The position numbers and the translations under genes were made by a program. The notes under the pieces are model-generated. The model ran no database searches. It saw only the letters and a list, made by a program, of their open reading frames with translations, and was not told where the DNA came from. Shown piece by piece: positions 13,801 through 27,442 of a DNA stretch of 64,000 bases. Positions within the stretch are counted from its first letter, which is position 1, and every line of letters starts with the position of its first letter. The stretch comes from the human T2T-CHM13v2.0 reference genome, Homo sapiens, in assembly GCF_009914755.1 (NCBI RefSeq), contig NC_060932.1; one strand, given 5' to 3'.

Positions 13801-14655
13801 TTCTGGTACGTTGTGTCTTTGTTCTTGTTGGTTTCAAAGAACATCTTTATTTCTCCCTTCATTTTGCTATTTACCCAGTAGTCGTTCAGGAGCAGCTTGT
13901 TCAGTTTCCACGTAGTAGTGCAGTTTTGAGTGAGTTTCTTAATCCTGAATTCTAATTTGATTGCACTGTGGTCTAAAAAACAGTTTGTTGTGATTTCCAT
14001 TATTTTACATTTGCTGAGCAGTGCTTTACTTCCAACTATGTGGTCAATTTTGGAATAAGTGTGATGTGGTGATGAGAAGAATGTATATTCTGTTGATTGG
14101 GGGTGGAGAGTTCTGCAGACGTCTATTAGGTCTGCTTGGTGCAGACCTGAGTTCAAGTCCTGGATATCCTTGTTAACCTTCTGTCTCATTGATCTGTCTA
14201 ATACTGACAGTGGGGTGTTAAAATCTCCCATTATTATTGTGTGGGAGTCTAAGTCTCTTTGTAGATCTCTAAGGACTTGCTTTATGAATCTGGGTGCTCC
14301 TGTATTGGGTGCATATATATTTAGGATAGTTAGTTCTTCTTGTTGACTTGATCCCTTTACCATTATGTAATGGCCTTCTTTGTCTCTTTTGATCTTTGTT
14401 GGTTTAAAGTTTGTTTATCAGAGACCAGGATTGCAATCCCTGCTTTTTTTGTTTTCCATTTGCTTGGTAGATCTTCCTCCATCCCTTTATTTTGAGCCTA
14501 TGTGTGTCTCTGCATGTGAGATGGATCTCCTGAATACAGTACACTGATGGGTCTTGACTCTTTATCAAATTTGCCAGTCTGTGTCTTTTAATTGGGGCAT
14601 TTAGCCCATTTACATTTAAGGTTAATATTGTTATGTGTGAATTTGATCCTGTCAT
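10830..14655 (-). pseudogene. L1 ORF2 (EN-RT), broken by stops and frameshifts
   Basis: Track fragments from MTGSNSHITILTLNVNGLN (EN) through SLFADDMIV (RT) to ...HHMFSLIRGN. Confidence 0.95.
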
Positions 14656-14718
14656 TATGATGTTAGCTGGTTATTTTGCCCATTAGTTGATGCAGTTTCT
14701 TCCTAGCATCAATGGTGT

Positions 14719-15753
14719 TTACAATTTGGCATGTTTTTGCAGTGGCTGGTATCGGTTGTTCCTTTCCATGCTTAGTGCTTCCTTCAGGAGCTCTTGTAAG
14801 GCAGGCCTGGTGGTGACAAAATCCCTCAGCATTTATTTGTCTGTAAAGGATTTTATTTCTCCTTCACTATGAAGCTTAGTTTGGCTGGAATTGAAATTAT
14901 AGGTTGAAAATTCTTTTCTTTAAGAATGTTGAATATTGGTCCCCACTCTCTTCTGGCTTGTAGAGTTTCTGCCAAGAGATCCGCTGTTAGTCTGATGGGC
15001 TTCCCTTTGTGGGTAACCCAACCTTTCTCTCTGGCTGCTCTTAACATTTTTTCCTTCATTTCAACCTTGGTGAATCTGAGAATTATGTGTCTTGGGGTTG
15101 CTCTTCTCCAGGAGTATCTTTGTGGTGTTCTCTGTATTTCCTAAATTTGAATGTTTGCCTGGCTTGCTAGGTTGGGGAAGTTCTCCTGGATAATCTCCTG
15201 GATAATATCCAAGTTTTCCAACTTCGTTCCATTCTCCTCGTCACTTTCGAATACACCAATCAAACGTAGATTTGGTCTTTTCACATAGTCCCATATTTCT
15301 TGGAGGCTTTGTTCATTCTTTTTACTCTTTTTTCTCTAAACTTATCTTCTTGCTTCATTTCATTAATTTGATCTTCATTCACAAATACGCTCTCTTCCAC
15401 TTGATCAAATTGGCTATTGAAGCTTGTGCATGCATCAAGTAGTTCTCATGCCATGGTTTTCAGCTCCATCAGGCAATTTAAGAGAATAAACTTCTCTACA
15501 CTGTTTATTCTAGTTAGCCATTTGTGTAATCTTTTTTCAAGGTTTTTAGCTTCCTCGCAGTGGGTTCAAACATCCTCCTTTAGCTCGGAGAAGTTTGTTA
15601 TTACCAACCTTCTGAAGCCTACTTCTGTCAGCTTGTCAAAGTCATTGTCTGTCCAGCTTTGTTCCATTGCTGGCGAGGAGTGTGATCCTTTGGAAGAAAA
15701 GAGGCACTCTGGTTTTTAGAATTTTTAGGTTTTCTGCTCTGGTTTCTCCCCAT
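14719..15753 (-). pseudogene. L1 ORF1, disrupted
   Basis: Start 'atggggagaaaccagagc' (CAT at 15751-15753); fragment MKEKMLRAAREKGWVTHKGKPIRLTADL; stop at 14719-14721. Confidence 0.88.
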
Positions 15754-15960
15754 CTTTGTGTTTTTATCTACCTTTGCTCTTTGATGTTGTTGACCTCCAG
15801 ATGGGGTTTTGGTGTGGATGTCCTTTTTGTTGATGTTGATGCTATTCCTTTCTGTTTGTTAGTTTCCCTTTTAACAGTCAAGTCTCTCAGCTGCAGGTCT
15901 GTTGGGGTTCGCTGGAGGTCCAATCCAGACTTGTTTGCCTGGGTACCACCAGCAGATGCT

Positions 15961-16011
15961 GCAGGACAGCAAATATTGCAGGACAGCAAATATTGCAGAA
16001 CAGCAAATATT
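15961..16011 (+). repeat. 17-bp tandem repeat x3 in the L1 5' UTR
   Basis: gcaggacagcaaatatt x2 plus gcagaacagcaaatatt. Confidence 0.95.
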
Positions 16012-16372
16012 GCTGCTGCCTGATCCTTCCTCTGGAAGCTTTGTCCCAGAGGGACACCTGCCTGTATGACGTGTCAATCAGCCCCTACTGGGAGGTGTCT
16101 CCCAGTTAGGCTACACAGGGGTCAGGAACCCACTTAAGTAGGCAGTCTGTCCATTCTCAAAGCTCAAACACCATACTGAGAGAACCACTGCTCTCTTCAG
16201 GGCTGTCAGATAGGGAAGTTTAAGTCTACAGAAGTTTCTGCTGCCTTTTGTTCAGCTATGCCCTGCCCCCAGAGGTGGAATGTACAGAGGCAACAGGCCT
16301 TGCTGAGCTGCGGTGGGCTCGGCCCAGTTCGAGGTTCCCTGGCCACTTTGTTTACCTACTTATGCCTCAGCA

Positions 16373-16705
16373 ATGGCAGACAGCCCTCCCCCAGCCAGGC
16401 TGCCACCTCACAGTTCGATCTCAGACTGCTGCGCTAGCAATGACCAAGGCTCCATGGGCGTGGGACCTGCCAAGCCATGCACGGGATATAATCTCCTGGT
16501 GTGCTGTTTGCTAAGACCATTGGAAAAGCACAGTATTTGGGCAGGAGTGTCCCGATTTTCCAGGTGCAGTCTGTCACAGCTTCCCTTGTCTAGGAAAGGG
16601 AAATTCCCCGACCTTTTGCACTTTCCAGGTGAGGCAATGCCCCACCCTGTTTCAGCTCGCCCTCTGTGGGCCGCACCCACTGTCCAACCAGTCCTATTGA
16701 GATGA
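16373..16705 (+). CDS. L1 ORF0 homolog (antisense ORF in the L1 5' UTR), open, 110 aa; expression unknown
   Basis: gcaATGg start; MADSPPPARLPPHSSISDCCASNDQGSMGVGP...RFSRC aligns with L1HS ORF0 as recalled (MAGAPPPASLPPCSLISDCCASNQRDSVGVGP...RFSRC). Confidence 0.6.
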   Translation: MADSPPPARLPPHSSISDCCASNDQGSMGVGPAKPCTGYNLLVCCLLRPLEKHSIWAGVSRFSRCSLSQLPLSRKGKFPDLLHFPGEAMPHPVSARPLWAAPTVQPVLLR

Positions 16706-16791
16706 ACCAGGTACCTCAGTTGGAAATGCAGAAATCACCCATCTTCTGTGTCAATCATGCTTGGAGCTACAGACCGGAGCTGTTCCTATTT

Positions 16792-16801
16792 GGCCATCTT
16801 G
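16792..16801 (-). promoter_or_regulatory. YY1 site at the L1 5' end
   Basis: CAAGATGGCC intact on the minus strand. Confidence 0.8.
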
Positions 16802-16856
16802 GAATGGAAGCTGGGCACTATGCTTTAAGGGGGACATTGCAAAGTGTAGTACTACA

Positions 16857-16975
16857 AGAGAGGGAGGAAAAGGGGAGGAGAGGGAGGAGGAAAAAGAGGT
16901 GCAGAGGAAGGATAAGGAGAAGACAGAAAAGGGAAAGGAAAAGAAGGGAGAGGAAGATAACCAGAAGGATGAAGG
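16857..16975 (+). repeat. GA-rich low-complexity tract
   Basis: About 120 bp almost entirely of purines. Confidence 0.85.
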
Positions 16976-17089
16976 ACCTTTCCATAAAGCCAAATAAGAA
17001 TGTCTGCAGGAAACTAGATATCATTCCTGGAGCATATAAAACACAGAGATGATGAGACTTGAAATGCCTTATGGTTAAGGGAACAGACT

Positions 17090-17530
17090 TTGTTCATTTA
17101 GCAGTTACAAATGTAACGCTTACTTTGTGCCCAGTGTGCTATGAAGCAGTGAGGATACAAACATGGTCCCTGCCTTCACACAAGTGAGAGTACAGCAGAG
17201 GAGACAGGTAATTTAAAAGGTCACTACTATACCATGTGTTATGGTACTGGGACAGTAGAAGTACAGGTGGCTGTCCTGGAGCAGAGCATTTAAGTAATGT
17301 TTTGAGGGAAGGGGAAGGTGTGGGTTTTCCAAAAACGCTTCCACCTGGCACTCACTAGGACTAAAATACCTGGGAAATTACTTAACCATTTTAAGTATCA
17401 GACGTGCACCTGTCAAATGGGAATAATAACAGTTCCTGCTGCCTCACAGGGGTGTTGTGAAGAATCAATACAACACCTGTATAAAGTGTTTTGACCAGTG
17501 CCTGCCACAGGACAGAGACTCACATTGTAA
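17090..17530. mobile_element. L2 and MIR fragments
   Basis: L2-like 'tactttgtgcccagtgtgct...catggtccctgcctt'; MIR-like 'ctgtcaaatgggaataataacag'. Confidence 0.55.
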
Positions 17531-18884
17531 ATCTATTATTTTCATTTGGGAGGGAGAAGAAACAGAGTACTCCAGGTTCCTCTAGAGCCCTCCTTTCCTA
17601 AATGGTCACCTGTTCCCCGGAACATAGATGATAGGAACATTCATTTCTTCTTCCATTTGTTCAGCAAGAATTGGTCCAGCTCCTACAGCCCTGGAAAGTT
17701 GACAGTGTAGCAGAGGAAACAAAGAAGTGAACATTGTCATTCTGAGATATGTGTGATTATTATGAGAATATATGATTACATCTTATTATTATAAGGCAGA
17801 GAGTCAGATTTCTGCTCAATAATGTAAGTAGACTGGCCCCAAAATAAAATATAATTCACACTATATTTATTACATAGGCTGTGCTTTAGGATTTCTTGGG
17901 AGAGCTTTTTAAAATGCAAATACTCAATCCTCAGCCCAGACCAATAGAATTCAAATATTGGACCATTGTATGATTTAAAAGCTACCCCCACTTTCCGAAA
18001 AGGAAAGGCTATCCAGGTGAGCCCAACATGCATGCAGGGTTATGAACGATTTGTTTAGAATCACTGCCTGCCTTTCAAATGTCAGCATCCTTCAGAGCCT
18101 CCCACATTTTCCTCTTTCCTCCTATAACCTACTGCGTGTTCTCAGCCTCCTGCAGCTTCAGAAATCTTTCCTTCAGCTCCAGACATGCGTGCCTCACTGC
18201 ATGATGGTCCATTCAGGGAGAAACAGGCAATTCCACCCTCTGCCTTTATCATCTTCTAACCTCAGTCCTCACCCCAGTGAACGGGGCCGCCATCCACCAC
18301 ATACACCTTTTCCATGCCTAGTCCATTAGCTGGACAAGTCCATGTCCCCCAGCAGCCTCTCCCTCCAGTCAATCTTCTCCATCCCCACTGCCCCTACCTT
18401 TGTTCCCTGAAGCCCTCATCATGACACCACATTTCCCCCAACTGCCTTCTGACCGGTCCCCTATCAGCCACACTGCCCAAATGTGCATCTGAACATGACT
18501 GACTCACTGGTAAAAATGCTTTCTCGGCTTCTCATGGTTTTCAAAGTAAAATCCAGCTCCTGGGACAACCTGCACAACATGCCATGGCCTGGGCAAGGCC
18601 CAGCCTGCAGCCTCATCTTTGCCATTCTCTCACCCGTGCCATGAATCCTGGCCCAGCTCAGCTTCCTCCCACATGCTCCTCTCTCTATCTGGAATGTCTT
18701 TTCCATAGTTGTCACTGGACAACTACTTTGTACCCTTTAAAACTTCTCCAGAACTCTCTTCCTGACAGGCAGGCCTCCTTCACAAGCCAGAGTTGAGGGG
18801 GAAGTCTCACTCCACTGTGTCCAGGAGCCCCTGTGCTCACCGCTGCCAGATTCATTCCACTTGGTTGAACTATGCCTAGCCCAT

Positions 18885-19253
18885 TGTCTTAATACATCTG
18901 GGCTGCCTCACAAAATACCACAACTTAGGTGGCTTATAAACAACCAAAATTTCTCTCTCACAGTTCTGGATGCTGGGAGGTTCAAGATGAAGATACTGGA
19001 AGATTCAGAGTCTGGTAAGGGCCCACTTCCTGGTTCACGGATGGTCCTCTTCTCACTGTGTCTTCACCTGACAGAAGGGATGAGGAATCTCTCTGGGGTC
19101 TCCTTTAAAAGGACACACATTCTATTCGTGAGGGCTCCACCTTCATGTCTTAATCACTTCCCAAAGGTCTCACTTCCCAATACCATAACCTTGGGGGTTA
19201 GGGTTTCAACAAATAAATTTAGGAGAAGAGGGCAGAAGTATTCAATCTATAAC
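18885..19253 (-). mobile_element. MaLR solo LTR (MLT1A-like)
   Basis: 'ttaggtggcttataaacaacc...tctcacagttctggatgctgggaggttcaagatg...gggtttcaac'. Confidence 0.8.
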
Positions 19254-20039
19254 ACCCATAGTAGGTGTTCAGTAAAATTTTAAAGACGGCTGATTGATGT
19301 GAACTACAAAGATCTTTAAGAAACAGCTGAATGTGTTTCTGTTCCTGAACAAATGCAGGCAGACTTGGAGAGCATTCGGGACTCTAGGCCGCCCCATTTG
19401 ATCATTCTGGAGTATCCACGCAGCATTGTGTGTCCAGGCATAAGATAGGGAAACCAACTAGAACAAAAAAAGAACTGGCCCCAGTCACCAATGCCAATGT
19501 AGCACAGTTACCTCTAGCATGAGTCAAGTGTGAATTCATACCCAAACAGTAATTCGGAGGTCTGTTACTAGAGTCAGACAGACCTGAGTTCAAATCTCAA
19601 GTCCATATTTAATAGCTAAAGGGCCTGGCGCAGGTTATTTAACATTTCTAAGCCTCAGTTTTTTGAGATATAAAATAGGGGTTAATAAATTAGACGCCTT
19701 TATTATAAGACTTTTGTGGGGATTTAATGAGATTACTTACCTAGTATCTAGCACATCACAGCCTTACAAACAATATTACAGGAGTGAGACAGCATCAGGC
19801 CACCAAGGCAGGAGATTTAGATTTATGAACTTTCTGAAGAAAACAATGCCAGGGTGCCATTTCTAATAAGAATGAAAACTGGGAACCAGGAATCAAGGAC
19901 CAAGCACAAGGCCATTTCAGCTGATGGGCCACTGTAGAGTCTCTCCTCCTACTGATTCTAACCCCTTTGTTAAAATGACCCCAGCGCAATCAAGAAAGGA
20001 CAGAAAATGCCTTAAGGACACTATACTGTCACAATTCCT

Positions 20040-20419
20040 GGTGTATTTGTTTGCAAGGGCTGCCACAACAAAGTACCATAGATAGGATGACTTAACAAAC
20101 ATATATTATCTCACAGTTCTGGAGGCCGGAAGTCCAAGATCAAGGTGTCAACAGGGTTGGTGTCTTTTACAACCTCTCTCCTGGGCTAAAAGACCACCAC
20201 CTTCTTACTGTGTCTTCACATCTTCCTCCCTCTGCATATACCTGTGTCGTAACATCCTCTTTTGATAAGAACACCAGTCCTATTGGATTAGGGCTACCCC
20301 AATGACCTCATTTTAATTTAATGCCTTCTTCCCTTCCCCAAATACAGTTGCATTTTGAGGTACTGAGGGTTAGAGCTTTAACACGTGAATTTTGTGAGAA
20401 CACAAATCAGCACATAACA
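20040..20419 (-). mobile_element. MaLR solo LTR (MLT1B/C-like)
   Basis: 'agggctgccacaacaaagtacca...tcacagttctggaggccggaagtccaagatcaagg...gtactgagggttag'. Confidence 0.8.
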
Positions 20420-21209
20420 GCTGCTTACCAAAATCGCTCCCAAAAGCCACGGATCCTGAATTTCACTCTATTCACACTGATAATTACACCAGGAGGCTGG
20501 TGGTAGAGGGGTACCATACCCAAGAACTTCTAGCTTTCTTAGGCTCAGAATAATCCCTTTTACATACACCCTAAGTCTTTTCCCTCATGGATTTATCCTT
20601 TGTCCACTGCCAACATCTATCCCAAATTCCTGCCTGCCTTTCTTCCCAGGTAGAAGTTGTTAGACTACTGTTGCTCCTTTCTAAATTATTACTTCCTTTA
20701 TTATTAAGGAGTTTTCTCACTGTAAAGTCATTAATATGGGGAGCAGGTCTTACAACCAGAGCAAGCAGAATAGCAGGTCTCCAAACACTGCCCCTGCCAA
20801 TGTCTCAGTCCTATCTCCCATTTTCTACTTTACCCTGTCTTCTCTGATCGCCCTGGGCCTTGGCTGCTACTCAAATGCACAAGTAAGTTCCCGTTACAAA
20901 GTCTTCAAACTTGTGTTTCCCTGTGTATCTAACACTCTTGCCCCAAATCGCCACTGAATTCAGTCTTCACTTCATTTGCTTCTCAGCTTAAATGTCACCT
21001 TCCCTGAGAGGAGCCTGACTACTCTGTTTAACTAGAAAACCACCCATCTCTCCGACAATACTTCCTGAATTTCTATTCTTGATCAGGCTGAGGCCAAGGA
21101 GCAGAAAATCCACAGAAGCATGAGGCATGACACCAGCCCTGCCCAGAGGATCTTACAGGCAGGTGCAAACATCCTGTTAGAATAGTATAATTATATATAT
21201 ATAATACTA

Positions 21210-21546
<337 letters not shown>

Positions 21547-21931
21547 CTAGTAACAGCCAACATTTGTTGAACACTTCATGTTGAGCTAGTTGCAAAATCA
21601 TAAATGCCAACACACATCTTAGAGCAGAAAAGGAAAGAGAAGCAAAAAGGTGGAAAATAATAACCAATTCTCACACTTCCCAAAGATATCTGGCAAACAT
21701 CCACATCCCCCCAGCTGGCAACATATAGGAAGGAGGAATACTGAGCACTAAGAATTAGTGATGCCTTGACAGACTCCCTTGCAGGACATTTCCTGTCTGG
21801 AAATGGGTCCAGGAACAGCCATATGTTGGGAGCAGTCATTTAACATAGTTTAATAATTAGATTTCTAGCATCCCAGGACCCCGTGTTAGCTTCCTATCAT
21901 ATGGGTCTCTGACACATCCTGGTAAATTGAG

Positions 21932-22344
21932 TGTGATGGTTAATTTTATGTGTCAACTTGACTGGGCCACAGGGTGCCCAGACATCCGGACAAATACTAT
22001 TCTGGGTATGCCTGTGAAGATGTTTTTGGATGAGTTTAACATTTGAATCAGTAGATAAGTAAAGCAGATGGCCCTTTCCAGTTTGTGTGGGCCTCACCAA
22101 TCAATTGAAGACCTGAATAGAGCAAAAAGGTTGAGTAAGAAAGAACATGTCCTGTCTGACTGCTTGAGCTGGGATATTGGTCTTCTCCTGCCCTTGGACA
22201 TCATCAACTCTCCTGGGTCTCTAGCTTGCTGACTCTTTGCAGATTGTGGAGCTTCTCAGCCATGTGTGAGCCCATCAGTATGAATGAATGAATGAATGAA
22301 TGAATGAATCCTGTTTGTTCTCTTCTCTGGAGAAAGCTAATACA
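21932..22344. mobile_element. MLT2 (ERVL) solo LTR containing (TGAA)7 at 22281-22308
   Basis: Starts 'tgtgatggttaattttatgtgtcaacttgactgggcca' and ends 'ctggagaaagctaataca'. Confidence 0.85.
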
Positions 22345-22794
22345 GCAAGCATGGAATCTGATCTGGTGGCTTCTGTGACCTATCCCCTGCAGGAGTAAGG
22401 GTGGCTGATGAGGGTGACTCCGTGAAGCCACATAGGGAGCTATGAGGCCTGCCAATGACAATAGCAGCTTCTGCTGTGGGCACAGTAAATCCCAGCCAGC
22501 CACTTCATGAGAGGACTACAGCCCACTTGGTGCAGGTACTCTTCCACAGTACTTCATACCCATAATAGCTTGGAGAAGGTGCCCCTAACCACATTTCACT
22601 GAGGAAGAAATCAGTCAGGTACTTGTCCAGGGTCTCGCAGACATATTCCTGGGACAAAGTAACACTGAATATCTTAAGTCAAAGTGCTTAATGATTTCCC
22701 ATCGTCCAGCAAGGAGCTTGACCTGGTGGCCTGTTGGGCAGATTAACTGACATGCACTGACATGTGCAATCAGTGACTCAAAAGGAAATGAGGT

Positions 22795-22875
22795 GATAAT
22801 GCTTAAAAATTGAGAAATTTCACATGAAATTTGTATTTCCAGCTTATCATGGAAAATAGGAAAATCCGGCAAATG
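22795..22875. mobile_element. hAT-Charlie relic (MER103-like)
   Basis: 'ttaaaaattgagaaatttcacatgaaatttgtatttccagctt...ggaaaatccggcaa'. Confidence 0.5.
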
Positions 22876-23005
22876 CTCTCACAGTCTCCATTTAAGAGTC
22901 GGCTACAAACGAGTAACGGTTGATCTTCTGGGCACAGTTTTGGACCTTCAGTTTGCAATGGGCTCTAATTTCACTCTCATCTGTTACTGTCTGGCCCTGC
23001 AGGCT

Positions 23006-23319
<314 letters not shown>

Positions 23320-23944
23320 ACCCTACAGGCTTTTGAATTGACTACTCTTTTTCTTGCCTTCTGCCTCTTCATTTTAGCAATGCTAATGTATTTCCCCCAA
23401 GATCTCTGAGAGCTTTTATGCTTTTTCTTGCTGTTCTTGTTGCCTGATGGAGGAAGAATAAATTAACTCTTGCTGAAGAGGACTCAAATCACATTTTCAA
23501 GTATGGAAGGATTTGTCTGGACAAAGCCGTAGGACAAATGACACATCATCCTCTGGATAGTTTTAGCCTATTAATTCAAAAGAAAACAAAGGGGGTGGTG
23601 GTGCTTACTGTTATTGTTAAAACAGGAACATTTCTGCTCTTTATCTGTTGTTTCCCTCCAGGTGGAAGGAGCACCATCACAGTAACACACCTGGGTTCTC
23701 CCAACTTTCACTTAACTCTCTTGGGGAAGAGTGCATTTGGGTGAGTTAAGAAGAAAGACTAGTAAATTCACAGCCTAGCCCCTTTGTCTCCCCTTTTCTG
23801 CTATGGGCTAATTTGCCTACAGAAAGCATATGTTTTGTTTTGTCTCTGTCACATGGTAAAAGGGACTTACCTCAGTAAAAAAACAACAACAACAAAAAAA
23901 AAACTGCAGGTTCCCAGCCCCAACTGTGTCTAGGAGGGCAAGGC

Positions 23945-25885
23945 TGTGTGGCAGATTATTTGCTAAAATGGCCACAATTACTCCTTGCCCTGTATGCAGC
24001 CCTGTTAAATGGTCCATACACCTTCTTGGGGCAGAGAACTGGGGGCAGAGTTGCAGGGAGCGAGGGAGAGATCGTGAGGTTTCTGGATATTACCTTTCAA
24101 CTCCAACCTTATTTCTGCTTGGAGTGATTAGACTCTTCATTCTGAAGAGGACAATCTGTGGTCTTTACCCATCCAACATTTAAGCTCTCCACAGACAAAG
24201 AAGAATCCACCTTCCACTCTGGAATCTGAAATGCCAAAAATTTGCTTTTCCTTCCTTCCCTGGAGCAAGATGGCCCTCCCCACTCCAGAATCTGAAACAA
24301 AAGTCTTCCCTGCCCAGAAATGTTCTGCCAGCAGGTCCAAAGAATTTCTAAACGCCTATTCATCATCAAACCATTACACTCCACATTGCTTCTGAACAAG
24401 AATCGTATTTTACAGTGAAAAAAACAAAGACATTTAAGTCCATGGGATTCACTAATCTTGTCACATACCCTATTTCCTGGGCTCTCCTGACCTTCTTGGA
24501 CTACCTTAAAAGACTGAGTTACAGTTATGCATATAAAATGTAGTATATGAATGTGAGCCAGATAGTAATACATCGGCTGTTTCTTCTATAGTCAGAGTAT
24601 ATTGCATTCCATTACCACAACTCTGGACATCAATGGTTTAGGAAATTTAGTGTCCAAGGGAAGAATGTTCCCTCTAGGACACGTAACACTATTTTCTTTA
24701 ATGGGAAGCTGAGCTGCCACCTCCCTATGCAGGTTCCTTCACTGGAGGAGCAGGGGGAAATAAGAGTTAAGGTGTTGGTGGGGGTGATTAATTCTGTCAA
24801 GCTAAGCAAGGCGGCACTAATTACCCCACAATGGGAAATGGGAAGTCAAAAGCAATAGGAAATGTGTAGCAGAGAAGTCGTAAATGCATAAACACCAAGC
24901 ACAACCTTATAAAGAGTTACAGTAAATAGTTCTCAGCATCTACTGACACTTTTTCCTCATTGTCTTGCATATACACAAATATATTGACTAATTTTCTTCT
25001 TTCTTCTCTGTCCTGCTATGTTTTATAAGGTGGATGAGTGATCGTTAACTTCAGCATTTGCTTCCACGGAAGGCAGAATATTGAGATGGGATTATGACTG
25101 GACTGGAATGAGAATAAAGAACCTTCAGACACCCTAGACTTGAAGTTGAATTCAGCAACTTAAATAGCATTGTGTTGGCTTTTTCATGGGAGGAGATGAG
25201 AATATTGTCAAGTTTATGAGGCATGTTTGCATTATATTAGGTGATATGTTTGTTGACCAGTTTATTTTGTGGTTTTCTTTTGTTGACAGTGAAAATGTGG
25301 AGAAAACAAAGTGGATATGGTGATGTTGAGCAGTCAAATGGGTGTGCATTTGTCATGATTTTCTGCTGTCCAGTGTGTAAAGCCTCCTTTGTATAGAAAA
25401 TCTACCCTGGTAAAGCAGACCTCCTTTCCTGTTAGAATCTTAAAATACCATCTGTGTGCTTTCCCACCATTCTTACAGCTAGGTACTTGACCTCAACATT
25501 ACCTACCAGGTTTAACCAAGCCAAACTTTGAATTAGAAGGTAGTGGCGCAAAAGAAAAAAAGGGCAGAGCCTCTCTGAATCTCTGTTTGTGGTGGGAGGC
25601 AGCAGCAATAGCAGCAGGCACCCTCAGTAGCCAGAGGCAATAGGAGCAATGTCCAGTGTCAGTGAACAGGGCTCGCGACAATCGTGTATCTATGTTACAA
25701 GCAGCAGCCCGGTGATGCTGCACAGGCCAGTCTCGTGTAACTTGTCTATAGCCACTGAGCTGAAACCTCAGGCTTTCCTGACTACTCCATGAGTTACCCA
25801 GTTATCATGTCCTGAATTCCTTTTTGGCTTAAATCAGTCAGACTTGCTTTCTATTGATTGAAATTTAGAACTCTGACTAACACAT
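23945..25885. mobile_element. Cluster of old MaLR/ERVL LTR and internal fragments
   Basis: MLT1 start 'tgtggcagattatttgctaaaatggccacaatt' at ~23948; LTR33/16-like 3' end 'ttcctttttggcttaaatcagtcaga...gaactctgactaacaca' at ~25815-25884; internal boundaries unresolved. Confidence 0.45.
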
Positions 25886-27109
25886 ACCATGTATTTAATG
25901 AAGATTAATTGAACTTATATCATGTGCCCGGCACTAGGGGCTATCAGATGCTACGGAAACGATATTGAACAAATGAAGATGAGGTTGCTGCCTACATGGA
26001 ACTTATAGGCTAGAGATGGAGATATTAATAGAATAATAATGAAAATACGTTTGATATTAATTCTGTTGTCTTTTCCACATTTACAGTTCCTTGAAGTTCA
26101 TGACATTACTTTCTCCTGGCATTAAAGCAAGAGTATTTAAATCAGAAGGAAAGAGGCAAAATGTTATTCATGACTTAGGGGAGAGGTGAATTAGACATAA
26201 TTAGTATTTTTTAAAATACTTTTCTGCATTTTACAGTTTCTCTATAATTGGCATGCATGTCTTCTTAAAACATTTCCATTAGACAGATTGGACTTTACTC
26301 TCCAGCTGGAATCATTGAAACCTGCAAAGATTTTTAGTTAATCCTATCAAAAACTGCTTTTCACTAGCCTGTGTCATTATAATAGCAGTTGGAAACTGTA
26401 GTTGGTCTATGTGAGATTATACTAAATTTGTTAACGTAATATGTCTTAATATGATTTAGAAGAAATGCTTTATTTTCTTGTTAGCACTGTTATAAAACAA
26501 GTAAAGCAGGCCAGACTATATTAAGAACAATTTTATTGAATATTGGAATAAATGACCATGGAGAGAAACTACTCTTAAAAGATTTGCAATTAAATTAGAC
26601 AATTTTAGAACTGACTTATTAAATGTCTAAGCTCTGTCACCTGCTTAGTTATGTAAAATTGTGTTACTTTACCTCCATGGTGGGAGAACAGTCATATCAA
26701 CAGAAATCAATGACATTTTTCTCTCTTCTCTTTCCCCACAGCTCATTCTTCATGCTGTGCTTGTTTATCTGAGTTGTCTAATGATCCCTTATGTTCAGAA
26801 TTCTGCATCCTACCAAGCCTGGCTGTAGTGGTGCCATTTAAAAGTGTGCAAACTTCACTGTGGTTTTGGACAATTAGTTCAAAACTAAGTTTGAGAGCAA
26901 AGTGGGAAATTCCACTGGCCATATGTTATGAGTGCATAGGGTTTCCTTGGATCAACTACTCCCTTTGTTGGGAAACTACATTCCTTTCCACTTTGCTGCT
27001 AAACTTCTATTTCTATAGCCTTCTTTCCTTCCTACCTTGTTTCTGTTTCATTTATTTATTATGAGTTACTCAGTTAAAAAAGCTCACTCTGTGGTTACCA
27101 GTAATCTAT

Positions 27110-27442
27110 CTTTCTTTCTTTCTTCCTTTCTTTTCTTTTTTTTTTTTTTTTTTTTTTTTGAGATGGAGACTCACTCTATTGCCCAGGCTGGAGTGCAGTG
27201 GCGCAGTCTCCACTCACTGAAACCTCCGCCTCCCAGGTTCAAGCGATTCTCATGCCTCAGCCTCCTGAGTAGCTGAAATTACAAGCACACACCACCAAGC
27301 CCAGCTAATTTTTGTATTATTAGTAGAGACACGGTTTCGCCATATTGGCTAGGCTGTTCTCAAACTCCTGGACCTCAAGTGATCTGCCTGCCTCGGCCTC
27401 CCAAAGTGCAGGAATTACAGGCATGAGTCACCACACCTGGCC
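27110..27442 (-). mobile_element. Alu (AluS-type)
   Basis: Reverse dimeric Alu with long T/CT tail. Confidence 0.95.

Larger units (their letters stand above)
10618..16814 (-). mobile_element. Full-length LINE-1, L1PA5-L1PA7 range (likely L1PA6), ORF1 and ORF2 disrupted
   Basis: Poly-T at left; ORF2 and ORF1 fragments; complete 5' UTR ending 'ggccatcttggaatggaag'; 12-bp TSD GCACTATGCTTT at 10606-10617 and 16815-16826; TT/AAAG endonuclease-type site. Confidence 0.95.

Noticed and set aside
10618-16814. Full-length L1 as retrotransposition-competent
   Set aside because: ORF1 and ORF2 carry multiple stops and frameshifts
16666-17052. Arg/Lys/Glu-rich ORFs
   Set aside because: Artefact of the GA-rich low-complexity tract
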